A stretch of 64,000 nucleotides of DNA from the human T2T-CHM13v2.0 reference genome, Homo sapiens. Numbering within the stretch: the first letter of the stretch is position 1; the number at the start of each line of letters is the position of its first letter. Shown piece after piece: positions 1-21,360 of this stretch. The notes below the pieces were generated by a model that saw only the letters and a program-made list of their open reading frames with translations, made no database searches and was not told the DNA's origin. Location: NCBI RefSeq assembly GCF_009914755.1, contig NC_060941.1. The stretch is one strand, 5' to 3'. The position numbers were made by a program, and so were the translations under genes.

Positions 1-171
1 ATTTAAAGTATAGTGGAGAATATGTGGAGGTTTACACAAATATATAGTGGAGGATGTTGTGTAGGTTGTACAAATACTATACCCTGTTATATAAGGGGCT
101 TGGGCATCCTTGGACATTGGCATCTCTGGGGGTCCTGGAACAAATCCTCCATGGATACTGAGGGGCAACTG
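1..171. mobile_element. MER2-like (Tigger) DNA transposon end
   Basis: Terminal ...gtcctggaacaaatcctccatggatactgaggggcaactg is typical of the MER2 TIR. Confidence 0.75.
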
Positions 172-228
172 AACTTGGGTATAAATCCAACAAAATATGT
201 GTAACATTATTGAAACGACAAAACTCTA

Positions 229-291
229 AGCTGGTCGGATGGTAGTGGGTTATCAGAACTTATTAACACTAGTGTCACTAAAGTTTGGTAT
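229..291 (+). pseudogene. Y4 RNA (RNY4-derived) 3'-truncated pseudogene fragment
   Basis: agctggtcggatggtagtgggttatcagaacttattaacactagtgtcactaaagtttggtat matches the hY4 5' ~62 nt (GGCTGGTCCGATGGTAGTGGGTTATCAGAACTTATTAACATTAGTGTCACTAAAGTTGGTAT) with about 4 differences. Confidence 0.92.
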
Positions 292-984
292 TTTCCATAT
301 TTATGAATAGGAAACTTCAATATTATCAAGATGTTAATGCTTCCCAACTTGACCTATAGATTCAATGCAATCCCAATGAAAATTCCAGCATGTTATTTTG
401 TGGATATAAACAAATTGATTCTCAAGTTTATAGAGAGAGGCAAAGGATCTAGAACAGTCAACTCAATATTGAAAAAGAACAGAGTTGGAAGACTAACACT
501 ACCCAACTTCAAGACTTACTATGTACTGTATCGTTTACTTACCATGAAGCTACAGTAATCAAGACAGTGTGGTATTGGTGAAAAGGTAAACAAGTGGGTC
601 AATGGAACAGAATAGACACCCCAGAAATAGACACAGTCAACTTATCTTTGTTAAAGTAGCAAAGGCAATATAATGGAACAAGGATTGTCTTTTCAGCAAA
701 TGGTGCTGGAACAACTGGATATCTACATGCAAAAAATGAATCTGGACTGACTTTATACTCTCCATAAAAGTTAACTCAAAATGGATCATAGACCTAAATG
801 TAAAATGCAAAACTAAAATTCCTAGAATATAGCACAGGAGAAAACATAGGTGACCTCGGGTATGTCAATGACTTCTTAGGTACAACACCAATGGCACAAT
901 TCACAAAAGGCATAATTGATAAGCTGGATATTATTAAAATTAAAAACATCTGCTCTCCCAAAGAAAATGTCAAGAGAATAAGAA

Positions 985-1285
985 GCCTGGCACAGTGGCT
1001 CATGCCTGTAATCCCAGCACTTTGGGAGGTCACAGCAGAAATACTGCTTGAGCTCAGGAGTTTGAGACCAGCTTGGACAATATAGTAAGACCCTGTCTCT
1101 ACAAAAAAATTTTTTTAAAAAATTAGTCAGGTGTGGTGGCACATCCCTGTAGTCCCAGGTACTTGGAAAGTTGAGATGGGAGGATCACTTGAGCCGGGAG
1201 TTGGAGACACAGTGAGCTATGATCATGCCACTACACTCCTCCCTGAGTGACAGAGTGAGACCACATCTCTAAAAAGAAAAAGAAA
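985..1285 (+). mobile_element. AluJ
   Basis: Diverged Alu dimer with A-rich tail. Confidence 0.9.
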
Positions 1286-1568
1286 ATGAACAACCCGAAT
1301 TTAAAAATGGGCAAAGGACTGTAACAGACGTTTCACTTAAAAAATATATATAGATGGCAAGTAGGCACATGAAACGAAGTTTAACATGTCATTAGGAAAT
1401 TGAAAGTTGAAACAACAATTGAGGTGCTACTACACACCCATTAGAATGGCTCACATCCCGAAACTGACAACACCAGATGCTGACTGAGGAGGATGTAGAT
1501 CAATAGGAACTCTCATTTATTGTCGGTAGGAATGCAAAATGATACAGTCACTTTACATGATGGTTTGA

Positions 1569-2088
<520 letters not shown>

Positions 2089-2357
2089 CCAGTGGAATAT
2101 TATTTAGCAACAAAAAGAAATAAACTATTAAGGTATGAAAACACATAGAGGAAAGTTAAATGCATATTACTAAGTAAAAGAAGCCCATCTGAGAAGTACA
2201 CATACTATATGATTTCAACTGTGTGTCATTCTGGAAAAGGCAAAATTATGAACACGATAAAAAGATCAGTGGTTGCCAGTTGGAGAAGAGAGGGAGGGAG
2301 GGACGAATAGGCAGAGCACAGAGGATTTTTAGGGCAGTGAAACTATTCTATATGATA

Positions 2358-2540
2358 CAGGTTGAGCATCCCAAGTCCAAAAATATGAAGTCTGAAATGC
2401 TCCAAAATCCAAAACTTTTAAACACCATGTTGGGATGCTTAACTGGTAAGTCTATAATGCAAATATTCCAAAATCGAGAAAAATGTGAAATCCAAAACAC
2501 TTCTGTTCCCAAGCATTTTGAATAAGGAATACTTAACCTG
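2358..2540. mobile_element. Tigger4/Zombi (MER46-like) MITE
   Basis: TIRs caggttgagcatccc...gaatacttaacctg with TA target duplication. Confidence 0.85.
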
Positions 2541-2840
2541 TACTACAATGGTAGATGCATGTCATCATACATTTGTCAAAACCCATAGAATGTACAATGC
2601 TAAGAGTAAACCTTAATGTAATCTATGGACTTTGGGTGATAATGATGTGTCAATATAGGTTTATTGACATAAGTACAAATGCACCTCTGTGATATGGGAT
2701 GCTGATAGTGGGGGGAGGGGGTTGTTCATGTGTGAAGACAGGAGAACATGGGAATTCTCTGTACTATCCCCTCAGTTTTGATGTGATCCTTTAGGTTTGT
2801 GAACTTTTCTACAAAATAAAGTTTATTAATTTAAAAATAT

Positions 2841-4475
<1,635 letters not shown>

Positions 4476-5065
4476 ATATAATTCTATATGTTTAATTTTC
4501 TTTAATATTTATTGATAATGTTTTACCATTTCTATGTAGAACCCTTGCACATCTAGTGAAGATTTGTTCCTAGAATTGTTATGTTTTCTGATGCTATTGT
4601 AAGAGATATTTTAAAATTTTTATTTCAACATGCTTACAGCCAGATTATAAAATTTAATTGGTTTTGGTCATATTTATATTGTATCTAGAAACTTTGTACA
4701 TTGACTTATTAATTCTAATAGTGTGTGCATATTCCTTTGGATTTTCTATGTATCAACTGTGTTGTCTGCAAATATTGGTAGTTTTTTCCTTTATAACTTT
4801 TATATCATTTGTTTCTTTTTCTTACCTCATTGCATTGGTTGGGACCTCTAGTATAGTGCTTTTTGCAGATAACCTTTATCATATAAAGGAAGTGTCCTTC
4901 TATTCAAAGCTTTCTTTTCTTAAACCAAGAACGAATGTTGAGTTTTATCAAATGCTTTTCTGCATTTGTAGATAATAATCATATGATTTTTCTCCTTTAT
5001 TATGTGAAAGTGGAAATTTCTCATTGATTTTAAATGTTCAACTAATCTTGCTTTCTCATGATGTA

Positions 5066-5880
<815 letters not shown>

Positions 5881-5961
5881 GATACCTTATCTTTTTCATA
5901 CATTGCTGAATAAGATTGCCAATATTTTGTTTATGGTTTTTGAATCCATGTTCTTGGGTGA

Positions 5962-6276
<315 letters not shown>

Positions 6277-6900
6277 GAAATTTTTCTTTTTTGTACTGTC
6301 AGGTTTGGCAGCAAGTTAATGCTAAGTTAATAAAATGAGTTGAGGGAATGAGGCCTCTTTTTACATGCTTTGAAATAGCTTGCATACAATTAGAATTATT
6401 TATTCTTTGAGTGTCTGGAACTTGCTGGTGATGCCAGCAGGGCCTGGAGTTTAATATGTGGGAAGGTTTTAATTTACACATTCAATTTCTTTCATGATTA
6501 TAGGATTGTTTGGGGTTTCTCTTTTAGTCAGTTAGATTTTCCTGAGAGTGGGTCTGTTTCTTAGAAGATTTCAAATTTAGTGACATAAAAATGTTCAACA
6601 ATGTCCTCTTATTATTTTGTTTCAATCTGTGAAGCCTTTATATTTATATCACTATTTCATTCTTGATATTGTTTATTTATGCTTTCTCTCTTTATTTCTT
6701 GGTCAGTCTTACCAGAGGTTTGTCATTTTTATCAGTCTTTTCAGAGGAACGTTTGGCTTTGCTAATCTTCTCTGTTGTGTTTATTTTCCATTTCATTAAT
6801 TTCTATGCTTCTCTTTATTTCTTTTCCTACCTTTCTTGAGTTTATTTTGCTGATGTGTTTCTAACTTCATAAAATGGATGTTTAGTTCATTAGTATTTAG

Positions 6901-7208
<308 letters not shown>

Positions 7209-7597
7209 TTCTTTTCTTTTTTTTTTAAACATAGCCTTTTGGGCCATAAATTTTCCTCAGAATTGTTTCATCTATCCCAAAAGTTTTGCTGTGTATTTTC
7301 ATTACAGTTCCATACTCAATATTTTCTAATTTCTGCTGTTTTCTTCTTTGAGCCCCTGGTTATTTAAACACGGGTTTCTTAATTTATAAGTATATGTGGA
7401 TTTTCTATTAACTATCTGTTACTGATTTCTACCTTAACTTCATTGTTGTCAGAGAATGTATTCTATATGATTTCAATACTTAAAAAATATGAGATTTGCC
7501 TTATGACCTGGTATATCAGCAACTTTTGTAAATATTCCATGTGTGCTTGAAAAGCATGAGTTTCTGCAGTTGTTGGGTATGGTGTTCTAAATATGTC

Positions 7598-8090
7598 TGT
7601 GATGGCAATGAAAACGCGCCACTCAGCTCTTCTGCTAAATATGCGTAGAGTGGTCATGAACGTGTGCAACTCAGCTCTCCTGCTATGGGGTGCACAGTTG
7701 ACTGGCAGCCCTAACCACTATTCCTTTGGATCCCACAATGCATTTGTGCTGAGACCACTCTTCCTCTGAGCTGCTTCCAGCTGCTGGAGCTGAGCTTGTC
7801 GTGGTTACTAGTGCAGGCCCATTCCTGTGGGATTTGAGACTTTTTAAATGGGCAACTTTGGTTCAAAGGCACCCCATCAGCCTGGCCATGCCCTTTATAG
7901 AATTGCACTGTAGTCTGAGACTCTACCTACTCAAGTGTTCTTCCTTTTCCCACTCCTTTCAGATTGGTATTGTGGGCAGAAGGCTCTCTCTGCCTGCTAC
8001 TGCTTCCTTTCCTTTATCCTTCGTGGGCAGTTTCCCCAAGACACCTCTGGCATGTCTAATCTTATCTTGGCATCTGTTTCCTGAATTGAT
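7598..8090 (+). mobile_element. ERVL-type LTR remnant (LTR16/33-like)
   Basis: GC-richer insert in L1 ending ...catgtctaatcttatcttggcatctgtttcct, resembling ERVL LTR 3' ends. Confidence 0.45.
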
Positions 8091-9255
8091 ATAATGTCCC
8101 TTTGGTCAGTTGTACTGCATGTGTTGTTCAAATCTTCTGTATCCTTACTGATGTTTTTTCCTGTTTGTTCTGTTTGTTCTACCAGTTACTGGAAGAGGTG
8201 TGTTAAGTGCCCCACCATGGTTCCTGATTTGTTTATTTCTTTTGGTAATTACCAATTTTGGGGAGATATATATACATATGATTTCAGACCTTATCCTCCA
8301 TGCAGAATTTGTGCTTAATATATTTCAAAAGTTATTGAGTATGTAAATTTAAAATAGTCTGCGTTGAACTGACTTGTTTAACGTCTTGAAGTGGCATCTG
8401 TCTCTAGCAATGCTTTTTGCTTTAAGTCTACTTTGCTCATTAACATAGCTAAACCCAGTACACATTTTCTTAGTACACCTTTTCCCCCCTTTTGCTTTTA
8501 GACTCTCTGTATACTCTTGAGATATGTTTCTTATGAACAGCATATAGTTTGATTTTTAAAAAATTCATGCTGACAAGCTTTGTATTTTAGATGAAACATC
8601 TAATTCATTTATATTTGTCATTATTTTTCATATTTCTGGTTCTATAGCTATTATACCTTTTCTTTTACTACTATTTTCCCACAAGTTCCATTCTTTCTCT
8701 ACTTTCTTGCCCTCTTTTGGATTGATTTGTTCTTTTTTCCATTTCCACTTTTTCCCTCCACCGATTTGAGAACTGTTTCTATTCTGTAAATGGAATCTCT
8801 AGAAATAGCAGCAAATAACTTAGCAAAATCAAAGTTACTTAGCAATTCTACTCTTTTTCGGAAAAATATGAAATCTTACAACTTCCACTTATGCCTTCCT
8901 GACACATATGCTGTTATTGTTGTGCATTTAGTTCTATCAACTTTTCTTTCAAAAGCCCACAAGTCTATTACTATTGCTTTAAATGTTCAATGTTTCACCT
9001 ATTTTCTCACTTTTTTGTGTTTTATTTCCTCTTGTTCTCTACACCTTCCATCTGAACTAGCTTTTCTTCTGCCAGAACTGAAGGTTTGTTAGTAGCAAGT
9101 TGTCTCAGTTTTTGTTTGCCTGAAAATGACTTTTCCTCCTTAATTATGAATATAGAGTTGAAAATGAACAATCATCTTCTCTCAGCACATTGAAGATATC
9201 ATACATTGTCTTTTGATTTCAGTTGCTGCTAATGAGTAGTAAATTGTCTGAAACT

Positions 9256-9557
<302 letters not shown>

Positions 9558-10232
9558 AGTTGTCTGAAACTCTTTTAAAAATAATCTGTCTTTTCTCTTT
9601 CACTGTTATTAAGATATTCTTTTTGTCTTTGGTGCTCTGCAACTTCATTATGATAGAGATAAATGCTAGCTAGCTAAATAGTTAGCTATTTATATATTTC
9701 CCATGTTATTATTCCAGTAAATCTGTCCCCTGAGTTCTTTTTTTCTAGAAGTTCTTTAGATTCTTTTTCAAAATCACTTGTTTTCTTGTTTTCTTTTTCT
9801 TGCATACATTTTCATGCATGATTTTTATTTTTATTAAATGTATGAAACGTGGTTGTTTAAAAGTCTTTGTCTTATTTCAAGATCTGAAGTTTTTGCAGGA
9901 TTGTTCTAGCTATCTGCTGCTTCTTGCACTTAGTTCTTAAGTGCCCTATTTTATTGTGTAGTTAGTTTCTTTCTCTCTCTCTCTCTGTCATTTAACTTTA
10001 AACTGATCGTTTTCCTTGACATTTTATGTGTGGGAATACTTTGAAGTCTGGGATAAATTTGGCTTCCTCTATAAAGGATTCACTTTTGCTTCTGCCAGGT
10101 TCTGGAGGCATTACTATTTCTGGGATCACTCCAGTTACATTCTCCACTTGGTCTATCCAGACCACCCAGAGTGTGGATTTTTTGCTATAAACTGTGTCAT
10201 GGACAGCTTGTGGTTTGAATGTTTAGTGATGA

Positions 10233-10697
<465 letters not shown>

Positions 10698-11203
10698 TGA
10701 ATTTCCCCTTACACAAAGGGGATAGCCTTTGGAAGCATCCCAGCTTTATGGTGGAAGACTACTTATTAAACTCCTCATCTTGGTCAGACGGTGGGCTTTG
10801 TCTCCTTTTTCACAGTCTTGTGAGGCCATGAATACCAAAGCTCAAATTCAGCAGGTTTAGCAAATGCCTTTGGAACACATTGCTCTACCCACATCTCTCA
10901 ACTACTCCGCTAAATCCCTGGACTAAGAATTGTTAATTTTTCTGCTTATTCACTGATGCTCTTAAATTATTTTTAATCCAGAATTTTTAGTTATTTTCAA
11001 TAAGTATATTGATTCACTTGCCATGTTTCCAGAAATGGAAATCAATTTTATTAAAAAAAGACTCATGTTTTATAATTCAACAGTCTTCATTTAAATAGTA
11101 CCAATGTACAGTGTCCACTGAAAATCCACTGTAACGTTAATGGATTAATCATAGTGCGTATTTGCAAAGCTCTTTTAACTTTTCAAATGGTTTTCACATG
11201 TAT

Positions 11204-11400
11204 CTGTGGTTCTCAAGGGGGGGGTGGCACTGCCCTTCTGGGGAGTTTTGAAAATCTGAAGGAGTTGTTTAGATTGTCATTATGGATGGGAGCCATTATC
11301 AGCATTTAGTGGGGAGCCAAAGATGCTAGACTCCTACAGTGCCTAGGGCAGTCCTGCCCAAAGAATAATTGCACTGTGTCTCATATGACTTTTCAGGATC
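11204..11400. mobile_element. MER20-like hAT-Charlie element
   Basis: ctgtggttctcaa... start and ...gatgctagactcctacagtgc...aaagaataatt body. Confidence 0.55.
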
Positions 11401-11452
11401 CCCTGGTCGTTCAGAAACTGAAAATCATACCTTGTCCTGTGTCATAGCATAG

Positions 11453-12102
<650 letters not shown>

Positions 12103-12465
12103 ATGCTTCTCTTCTTAATAAGGACCAGTTTATTTGTGAGATCTTCTTCTTCCTCAATTTTTCCACTTTGATAATTTTTAATTTGTCTTGGCATGTTATT
12201 CTTACTTCAATTAAGATTATATCTCTCTTGTTTCTTATCATATGCAAACAAGCCTGGTTTGTTTTCATTTCTTCTAACAGGGTCATTGTGGTGAACACCT
12301 GTACCTCTGCTCCTTGATTTCCTTAAGCTCTAAATCCAAGCTAATATGTTCATTATAACTAGTTGCTATCATTTCACTCCTTCAATGTGTCTTCTAATGG
12401 AATCATGCCAAGGCAGTCACAGGTTGAAACACAAATTTGTGTGTATCTATCTACCCTTTATACTA

Positions 12466-12873
<408 letters not shown>

Positions 12874-14008
12874 TTAGGTCTGATAGGGTCTAATAGGGTT
12901 AAGAACACAGACATATTTGTTTCCTTTCATTCTTCTAAAAACTCTATTAGGTAGATACTTTTATTTATTTTTTTGATAGGGGAGGAGACTTAGGCTTAGA
13001 AAGGCAAAATAACTTGTCCAAGGTCTCTGAGATCTTTAATTAGGCTTGATTACAAGGTGGCTGACACCCTGCATCCCACTACTGATGTCTTGCAAACTGT
13101 CCATTTATTCTGTCAATGAGTATGCATGGTGCAGCTGTGAGAAGGGGACGGTGCTGGATGCTGTGTAGAAGGCAGGAATACATAAATCACAGTCCCCACT
13201 CTCCAGGAGAGGAGAGAAGATTTGCTAGAAGCCCAGAGGCCAAGTACAACCCAGCAGCATCATTGTCACCAGAGTAGCACAAAAGCAGGAGGCCACTCTG
13301 CTGAAGAGACATAGGAAGGAGGAGTACATGGAAGAAGTACACTGGCTGGAGGCTTTGGGATGGGTGGAAATTGGACAGGGTGAGGAGAGGCAGGATGGGC
13401 TGAGGAGGAGGGCATTGGGCATAACTCATTTTGCTTAAGCAAAGGCAGACCAGTTTTCCTGGAGCACCCAGGTTAGACTGTGACATAATCAAATTCCTGA
13501 GAACAGAATGACTGTAAGACAAGCATCCAAGTTGATATCACAGGTCACCAGATATACATCAAAGAGAGGATGAGGAAGCAGACAGGGTAGCACAATAACA
13601 CACTAGATGGCAAATAATTTTGTACTTTTATGACAAACTAAGATTTAAGGATGTTCTTTGCCACATTGTTTATGCTAGGGAAGCATTAGAATCCACAGAA
13701 ATGTCCAGAAATAAGAAAATGAGTGCACAGTTATGCTACATTCAGCTATTTAGCATACTATTTATTTAGCCTGGTTTCATTAACAAGTCAAAGTTATACA
13801 CAAAGAAAGTGGGGAGTGGGAGAGGTTGGTTAGGGGCTGGAACAAGATACTGTTGCAACCTCAAAGGGACATCAAAGACACAGTCCATTGAAATGCATGG
13901 TTCTTGATTGGATCTTGGTTTGAATAAACCATCTATAAAAGAAATTGTGGAAAACAAGTGAAAATTTCTATATGGAGCAAGTATTAGATGATATTAAGAA
14001 ATTATTGT

Positions 14009-14330
14009 GGGCTAGGTGTGGTGGCTTATGCCTGTAATCCCAGCACCTTGGGAAGCTGAGGCGGGCAGATCACTTGAGGTCAGTTCAAGACCAGCCTGGA
14101 CAACATGGCAAAACCCCGTCTCTATAAAAATACAAAAATTAGCCATGCGTGGTGGCACATGCCTGTAGTCCCAGCTACTCAGGAGGCTGAGACATAAGAA
14201 TCGCTTGAACTTGGGAGATGGAGGTTGCAGTGAGCCAAGGTTGAGCAACTGCATTCCAGCCTGGGTGACAGAGCAAGACTCCGTCTCAAAAAAATAAATT
14301 AATAAATAAAATAAAAAAGAAGAAGAAGAA
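14009..14330 (+). mobile_element. AluS inserted in an L1ME-type 3'UTR (13830-14570)
   Basis: TSD aagaaattattgtg. Confidence 0.88.
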
Positions 14331-14857
14331 GAAATTATTGTGAATTTTGAAGTTATGTAGGAAAATATCCCTTTTGGGATGTATATGGATGTGTTTAGAA
14401 CTAAAATGTCATGATGTCTGCAATTTACTTAAAAATACTTTAGCAACGAAGTAGATGAAGTCAATACATCAAATGTTAACAGTTGTTATCTAGGAGATGG
14501 GTATGGAGGTGTTCATTATCCTACTTTTTCTACTTTTCTATCTATGGTTAAAAATTTCCATAATAAAAAGTACAAAGAAAAAAAAGAGAGAAAAAGAAGA
14601 AAATAACGTTTATAAATAATTTTAATGATGTAGAAAAATACTATGATATAATGTTAGATAAAAGAAAAGTAAGAATGAAAATTTTTGTATATAAAATTTT
14701 GATTCTTATATAAAACTTATATATAAAATTTTGTATATACAGCATATATATTTTTTGTACATTCAGTAGTATACAATATGGTCTTAACATTGCTTTAAAA
14801 ATGAATACATGCAAGTTATGAAACACTCACCAAGGGCCAGGTCCTGGGGATGATGTT

Positions 14858-15240
14858 GGTATTAGACTGTTCTCGCACTGCTATAAAAAACTACTTGAGA
14901 CTGGGTAACTTATAAAGAAAAGAGGTGTAATTGGCTCACAGTTCCACAGGCTGCACAGGAAGCATGGCTGGGGAGGCCTCAGGAAACTTACAATCATGGC
15001 GGAAGGTGAAGAGGAAGGAGGCACATCTTACATGGCCGGAGCAGAAGGGAGAGCGAAGGGGGACATTCTACACACTTTCAAACAATCAGATTTCGTGAGG
15101 ACTCACTCACTATAATGCAAACAGCAAGAGGGAGATCCGGTCCCCATGATCCAATCACTTCCCACTAGGTCCCTCCTCCAACATTGGGGATTACAATTCA
15201 ACATGACGTTTGGGTAGGGACACAGAGCCAAACCATATCA
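14858..15240 (-). mobile_element. MST (MaLR) solo LTR
   Basis: gtattagactgttctcgcactgctataa...gggacacagagccaaaccatatca; 5-bp TSD atgtt. Confidence 0.9.
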
Positions 15241-15354
15241 ATGTTTAATACACATTGTAAATAATTTCCCCTGACCCCATCAGCTGGTCAACAATGGAGC
15301 CAAGACTTGAACCCAGACTCAGCCCATTCCAAAACCCATGCTTTTTCCCTACAC

Positions 15355-15578
15355 CAGGAGTTGGCAGGCTCTCTTGGTAAGGGGCCAGATAGTAAATATT
15401 TTTTGGTTTTGAGGACCATATGGTCTCTGTTACAACTACTCAATGATCCTATTATAGCAGGAGAACAACCATAGATAATGCACAGCTGAATGTGTGTGGC
15501 TGGCTTCCAATAAAACTTTATTTACAAAAACAGGTGATGGGCCAGATTTAGCCTGGGGCTACAGTTTGCCCACTCCTG
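15355..15578. mobile_element. MER58A (hAT-Charlie)
   Basis: caggagttggca...ggccagatagtaaatatt...gtttgcccactcctg. Confidence 0.85.
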
Positions 15579-17008
15579 CCCTATGAACATGATGCTGCCT
15601 TTCAAAGCATTCAACACACCCATACATACAGACACAACCAGAGACCAGGAAAAAAAATCATGCTTAATCATCATTCTTTCCGTCATACTTTTCTGTATAT
15701 CCCAAATTTTCTAACATGTTCTGTTACTTGTATGTATTACTCCTATATATATCTATTTATTTTTACAACTTCTTTGATTTATTTTCTGGGAGGAGAAATT
15801 TTCTATAATGCATTTACATAGTCCCACATTGAAAGGACACAAAGGCTGAATTGTGAAAAGTCTCCTTCCCACCTATGTACCAAGCCACCTCTGTCCCTTC
15901 CCCACAGGAAACCAATGTTATTCCACCTTTGTATTCTTCCAGAGGTTATGTTACCCACATGCAGCCAAGTTAGCAGGGCCACCACTGTGTTGCACGACTC
16001 CAAGAGACATCATTTATATTGAGCTCCTGGGATGCCATTGACATGGAATACAATGGAATTGTGCCCCCTGGAGTTGTGTAATGCAGCAGCCTCACCAAAG
16101 ATGTGTGTGTGTGTGTGAGTGTGTATCTATACACTTATAAATATATGTAGAGATATATATGTGCATTTTTTCTACTGTCCTTTTTTTTCAACCAAAATTA
16201 GCATATTATATACAATGCTCTGCATCTGACTTTTTTTCACTTAGTAATATATTTTCATACTCATTTGATGTCAGTTTATAAAATGTCCTCATTCTTTTTG
16301 ATGATGATGATGATAACGGTCTTGGTGTGGCATCACAAAGGAATAGTAAGTGACCATTGTCATTTGCGTTCCAGGGATTGTTCTAAGCATTTGCATGTAT
16401 GTCATTCATTCCTGAGCGCTCACAGCGACCCCATGAGATAGGCACAGAGAGATGAATGTACTGACCCACAGTCACAGCTGAGATTAAAAAAGAACTCTTC
16501 CCTGGTTCCTTCTAGTACTTGGATGGGTTGTGCTGTACATTCAGATCTTTTCTCCGTTTGGAATTCTTCCGGCAGTAACTATGAGATGAGGATCCAACCT
16601 TGTTTTTCCTTGACGGCTCCTGTTATTCCCACCACTGTCTCCAGATGCCACCTTTCCCACACATGAAAGTCTTGAAGGATTTGGGCCTATTGCTAGACTT
16701 TCTTTCTGTTTCATTGTTCTGTCCCTGTCATCAAGCACCAGTGCCATACTCTTAATTCCTGAGGTTTTAGAATCTGTGCTAATATCTGGTAGAGTTTTGT
16801 CTCTTCATTACTTCCTTTTTTCAGAAATATCCTGGATAGTCTTGGCTTGTTTATTTTTCCACATTTTTTTATTGTGGCAAAATATACATTGCATAAAATT
16901 TACCATTTTAACCATGTTAAATTGTGCAATTCAGTGATATTAACTACATTCACACTGTTGCATTACCACCACCACTATGCATTTCCAGGGCATTTAAATC
17001 TATTTCCA

Positions 17009-17325
<317 letters not shown>

Positions 17326-17335
17326 TTAAAAAATG

Positions 17336-17371
17336 ATCACTTCTCAGCCTTTTGGCTAAGATCTAGTGCAG
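17336..17371 (+). pseudogene. U2 snRNA 5' fragment pseudogene
   Basis: atcacttctcagccttttggctaagatctagtgcag versus U2 1-36 ATCGCTTCTCGGCCTTTTGGCTAAGATCAAGTGTAG (32/36 identical); flanked by the direct repeat cagaacttt. Confidence 0.9.
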
Positions 17372-19015
17372 AACTTTTTTTTATCATTCCAAACTGAAAT
17401 TCTATACCCATTAAACACTAACTCCCATTCTCCTCTTCCCCAAGTCCCTGGCAGACACCATTCTGTCTGTAGGAATTTGACTACTCTGGGTAGCTCATAT
17501 AAGTGGAATTGTATAATATGTATCTTCTGGTATCTGGCCTATTTCACTTAGCATAGTGTCTTCAAGGCTCATCCACATCCACATCATAGCATGCATGTAT
17601 CGCTCCTTTATTCCTTTTTATGGCTCAATAATATGACATTGTATATATGTACCACCTACATATATTTGTTTATCAGTTCATCTGTTGATGAACACTTGGA
17701 TCTTGGGTTGTTTCCACCATTTGGCTGTTGTCAATAATGCTGCTATGAACACTGGTGTACTCCAGATTAATTTCAGAGTCAGTTTGTCCAGGACCAAACA
17801 AAACATTCTTCTACTACTTTTATAATTACCCTCTCTCTTCCCCAGTTTCCCCTCATGCCTCCCAGTGGTCATTCATTATCTTGTTCAATCCCAACATGCC
17901 CCAGATACCTTTCTGGATGTATCGTCCATCACTGCAGTGCCGCCTGTGGTTCTGCCTGCCCTTGCCTGCCTTCCCCTTCCTGGCAAAGCTGTGCAGCTGC
18001 TCTCCAGGCATTTACTTGGAAAACCACTTTCCTTTGCTTGGTGGCTTCATTGGTCCTGAGGGACTTTACTGGAACTTCTGGTAATAAATTGCTCTCCTTG
18101 CACCTACCTGCAGACCCTACCTGCACACCGTACCTGCCTCCAGCCTAATAGGGCTCTCAGGCTCCTCAAACAAGCCCTAGCTTGCCTGCCCCGGAAGGCC
18201 GTCCTTGCCAGCCACCTCCAGCACTGGTCCCTCTGGGGAATCTTTCTGCCTCTCTTGTCATAACTTCAGGCTGCTGGCCCCCTTTCCCCTGCCACTTTGC
18301 CCATCCGTCCTGTTTGAGAGACACCTTTGCTCTTTCCTGATCTGTCTGTGGCTATCCTCAGCCTGGGCACAGGTGGCACACCTCTCACTTCTCCACCACC
18401 CTCTGCACGTAGCACACTGTTTTCCATATAATGGGTGCTGGTTTGAATTGGGTTAAATCAAGATCATCTCCCTCTGCAGGCTTAGGAGCAAGTAAAGCAA
18501 CCAAAGCCCTCCTAGGCACAGGACAATCTTGCCGCCACTCCCACCCTCCTGGCAGCTCATGGTAGACCTCAGGGAAGTGTAAATAACACCATCCTGTTGG
18601 AGACCTGAGACATCCAGGCACAGCCTGCTTCCCTGAAGGTCCAGCTTGTATTCTGATCCTGGCTACCTGCAAGGTCCCCTATGTGTGCTGGGTCCCTGTG
18701 CCTGACCCACCACTTCCCAGTCCAACTCTGTGATGAGTTCTGACAGCACGTGGGGAGTGGGTTACAAACGGAATCTAATTCATGCCTGGCTCACTGTGTG
18801 GTCTGCTCTTCACCCTTCAGTTGCAGCTCTTGCCAAAAAGGTCTCTGTGGCCTGATTTTTTGTGAACATGTGCATATTTGTGTGTTTCATTGCATTTCAT
18901 GTTCATCTTAATTGTTTCTTTCTCTTTATTTCTAAGCATTTAAAATTCACTTATTCAACAAATGTTTTCTGGGCACTTACTTTGTGCTAGGCTTGTGCCG
19001 CAAATAAGACAGGCA

Positions 19016-19526
<511 letters not shown>

Positions 19527-19943
19527 TTAAAGACAGAGGGAAACTTTCCTACATCAATGAGTCCACCTTGTAATTTAAATAATTGTCTTTTTAATAGGTC
19601 TCTTTACTTAGTTGATATTTGAATGTTGAGCTTTTTAAAAATAAGCTGTTTTTTGAAAGAGAATTATAGAAATTTAAAGTTTATTCATTCAACAAATACT
19701 TGTTGCTCTCCTACCACATGTTGGCATTGTTCTAGGTGCTGGAGGTATGGTAAAGGGTGAAACAGATGAGGCCTTGTTCCATAGAGTTTCCAGACAATTC
19801 TCTAGAAAGAAGTAAACAAAATAACTTCACATGGTGTTGGGTCCTATGCAGGAAATAAATAAAGCAAAGGGTAGGGAGGAAACTTTAGAGAGATTGGTCA
19901 GAGAAAGCCTTTGTGAGGAGGTGGAGTTGAAAGAGGATGAAGA

Positions 19944-20910
<967 letters not shown>

Positions 20911-21068
20911 AAATAATTTTTAAGTTAGCAAACAACTTTTTTAAAAGAAGAATAAGCAGATACCCCACATAGTGAGTAGACAAAGAACATCCCAGGCAAA
21001 AGGAACAAACAGCATCTGCAAAGGGCTTGAAGAAGGAAACAGCTTGTTTTGTTTAAGAAATGATAGAA

Positions 21069-21360
21069 GGCTGGGCGTGGTGGCTCACGCCTGTAATCCT
21101 AGCACTTTGAGAGGCCAAGGAAGGTAGATTGCTTGAGCCTAAGAGTTTGGGACCAGCCTGGGCAACGTGGCAAAACCGCCAAAATTAACCGGGCTTGGTG
21201 GCATGCAGCTGTAGTCCCAGCTACTCAGGAGGCTGAGGTGGGAGGATCACCTGAGCCCAGGTGGTCAAGGCTGTGGTGTGCTGTGATCATGCTACTGCAC
21301 TCCAGCCTGGATGACAGAGTGAGAACCTGTCTAAAAAATTAATTAATTAATTAAAAAAAA
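21069..21360 (+). mobile_element. AluJ (internal deletion) in L2
   Basis: Alu missing part of the linker; TSD atgatagaag. Confidence 0.85.

Noticed and set aside
9-78. ~35-bp tandem duplication
   Set aside because: Local slippage inside a MER2 element; no functional sign.
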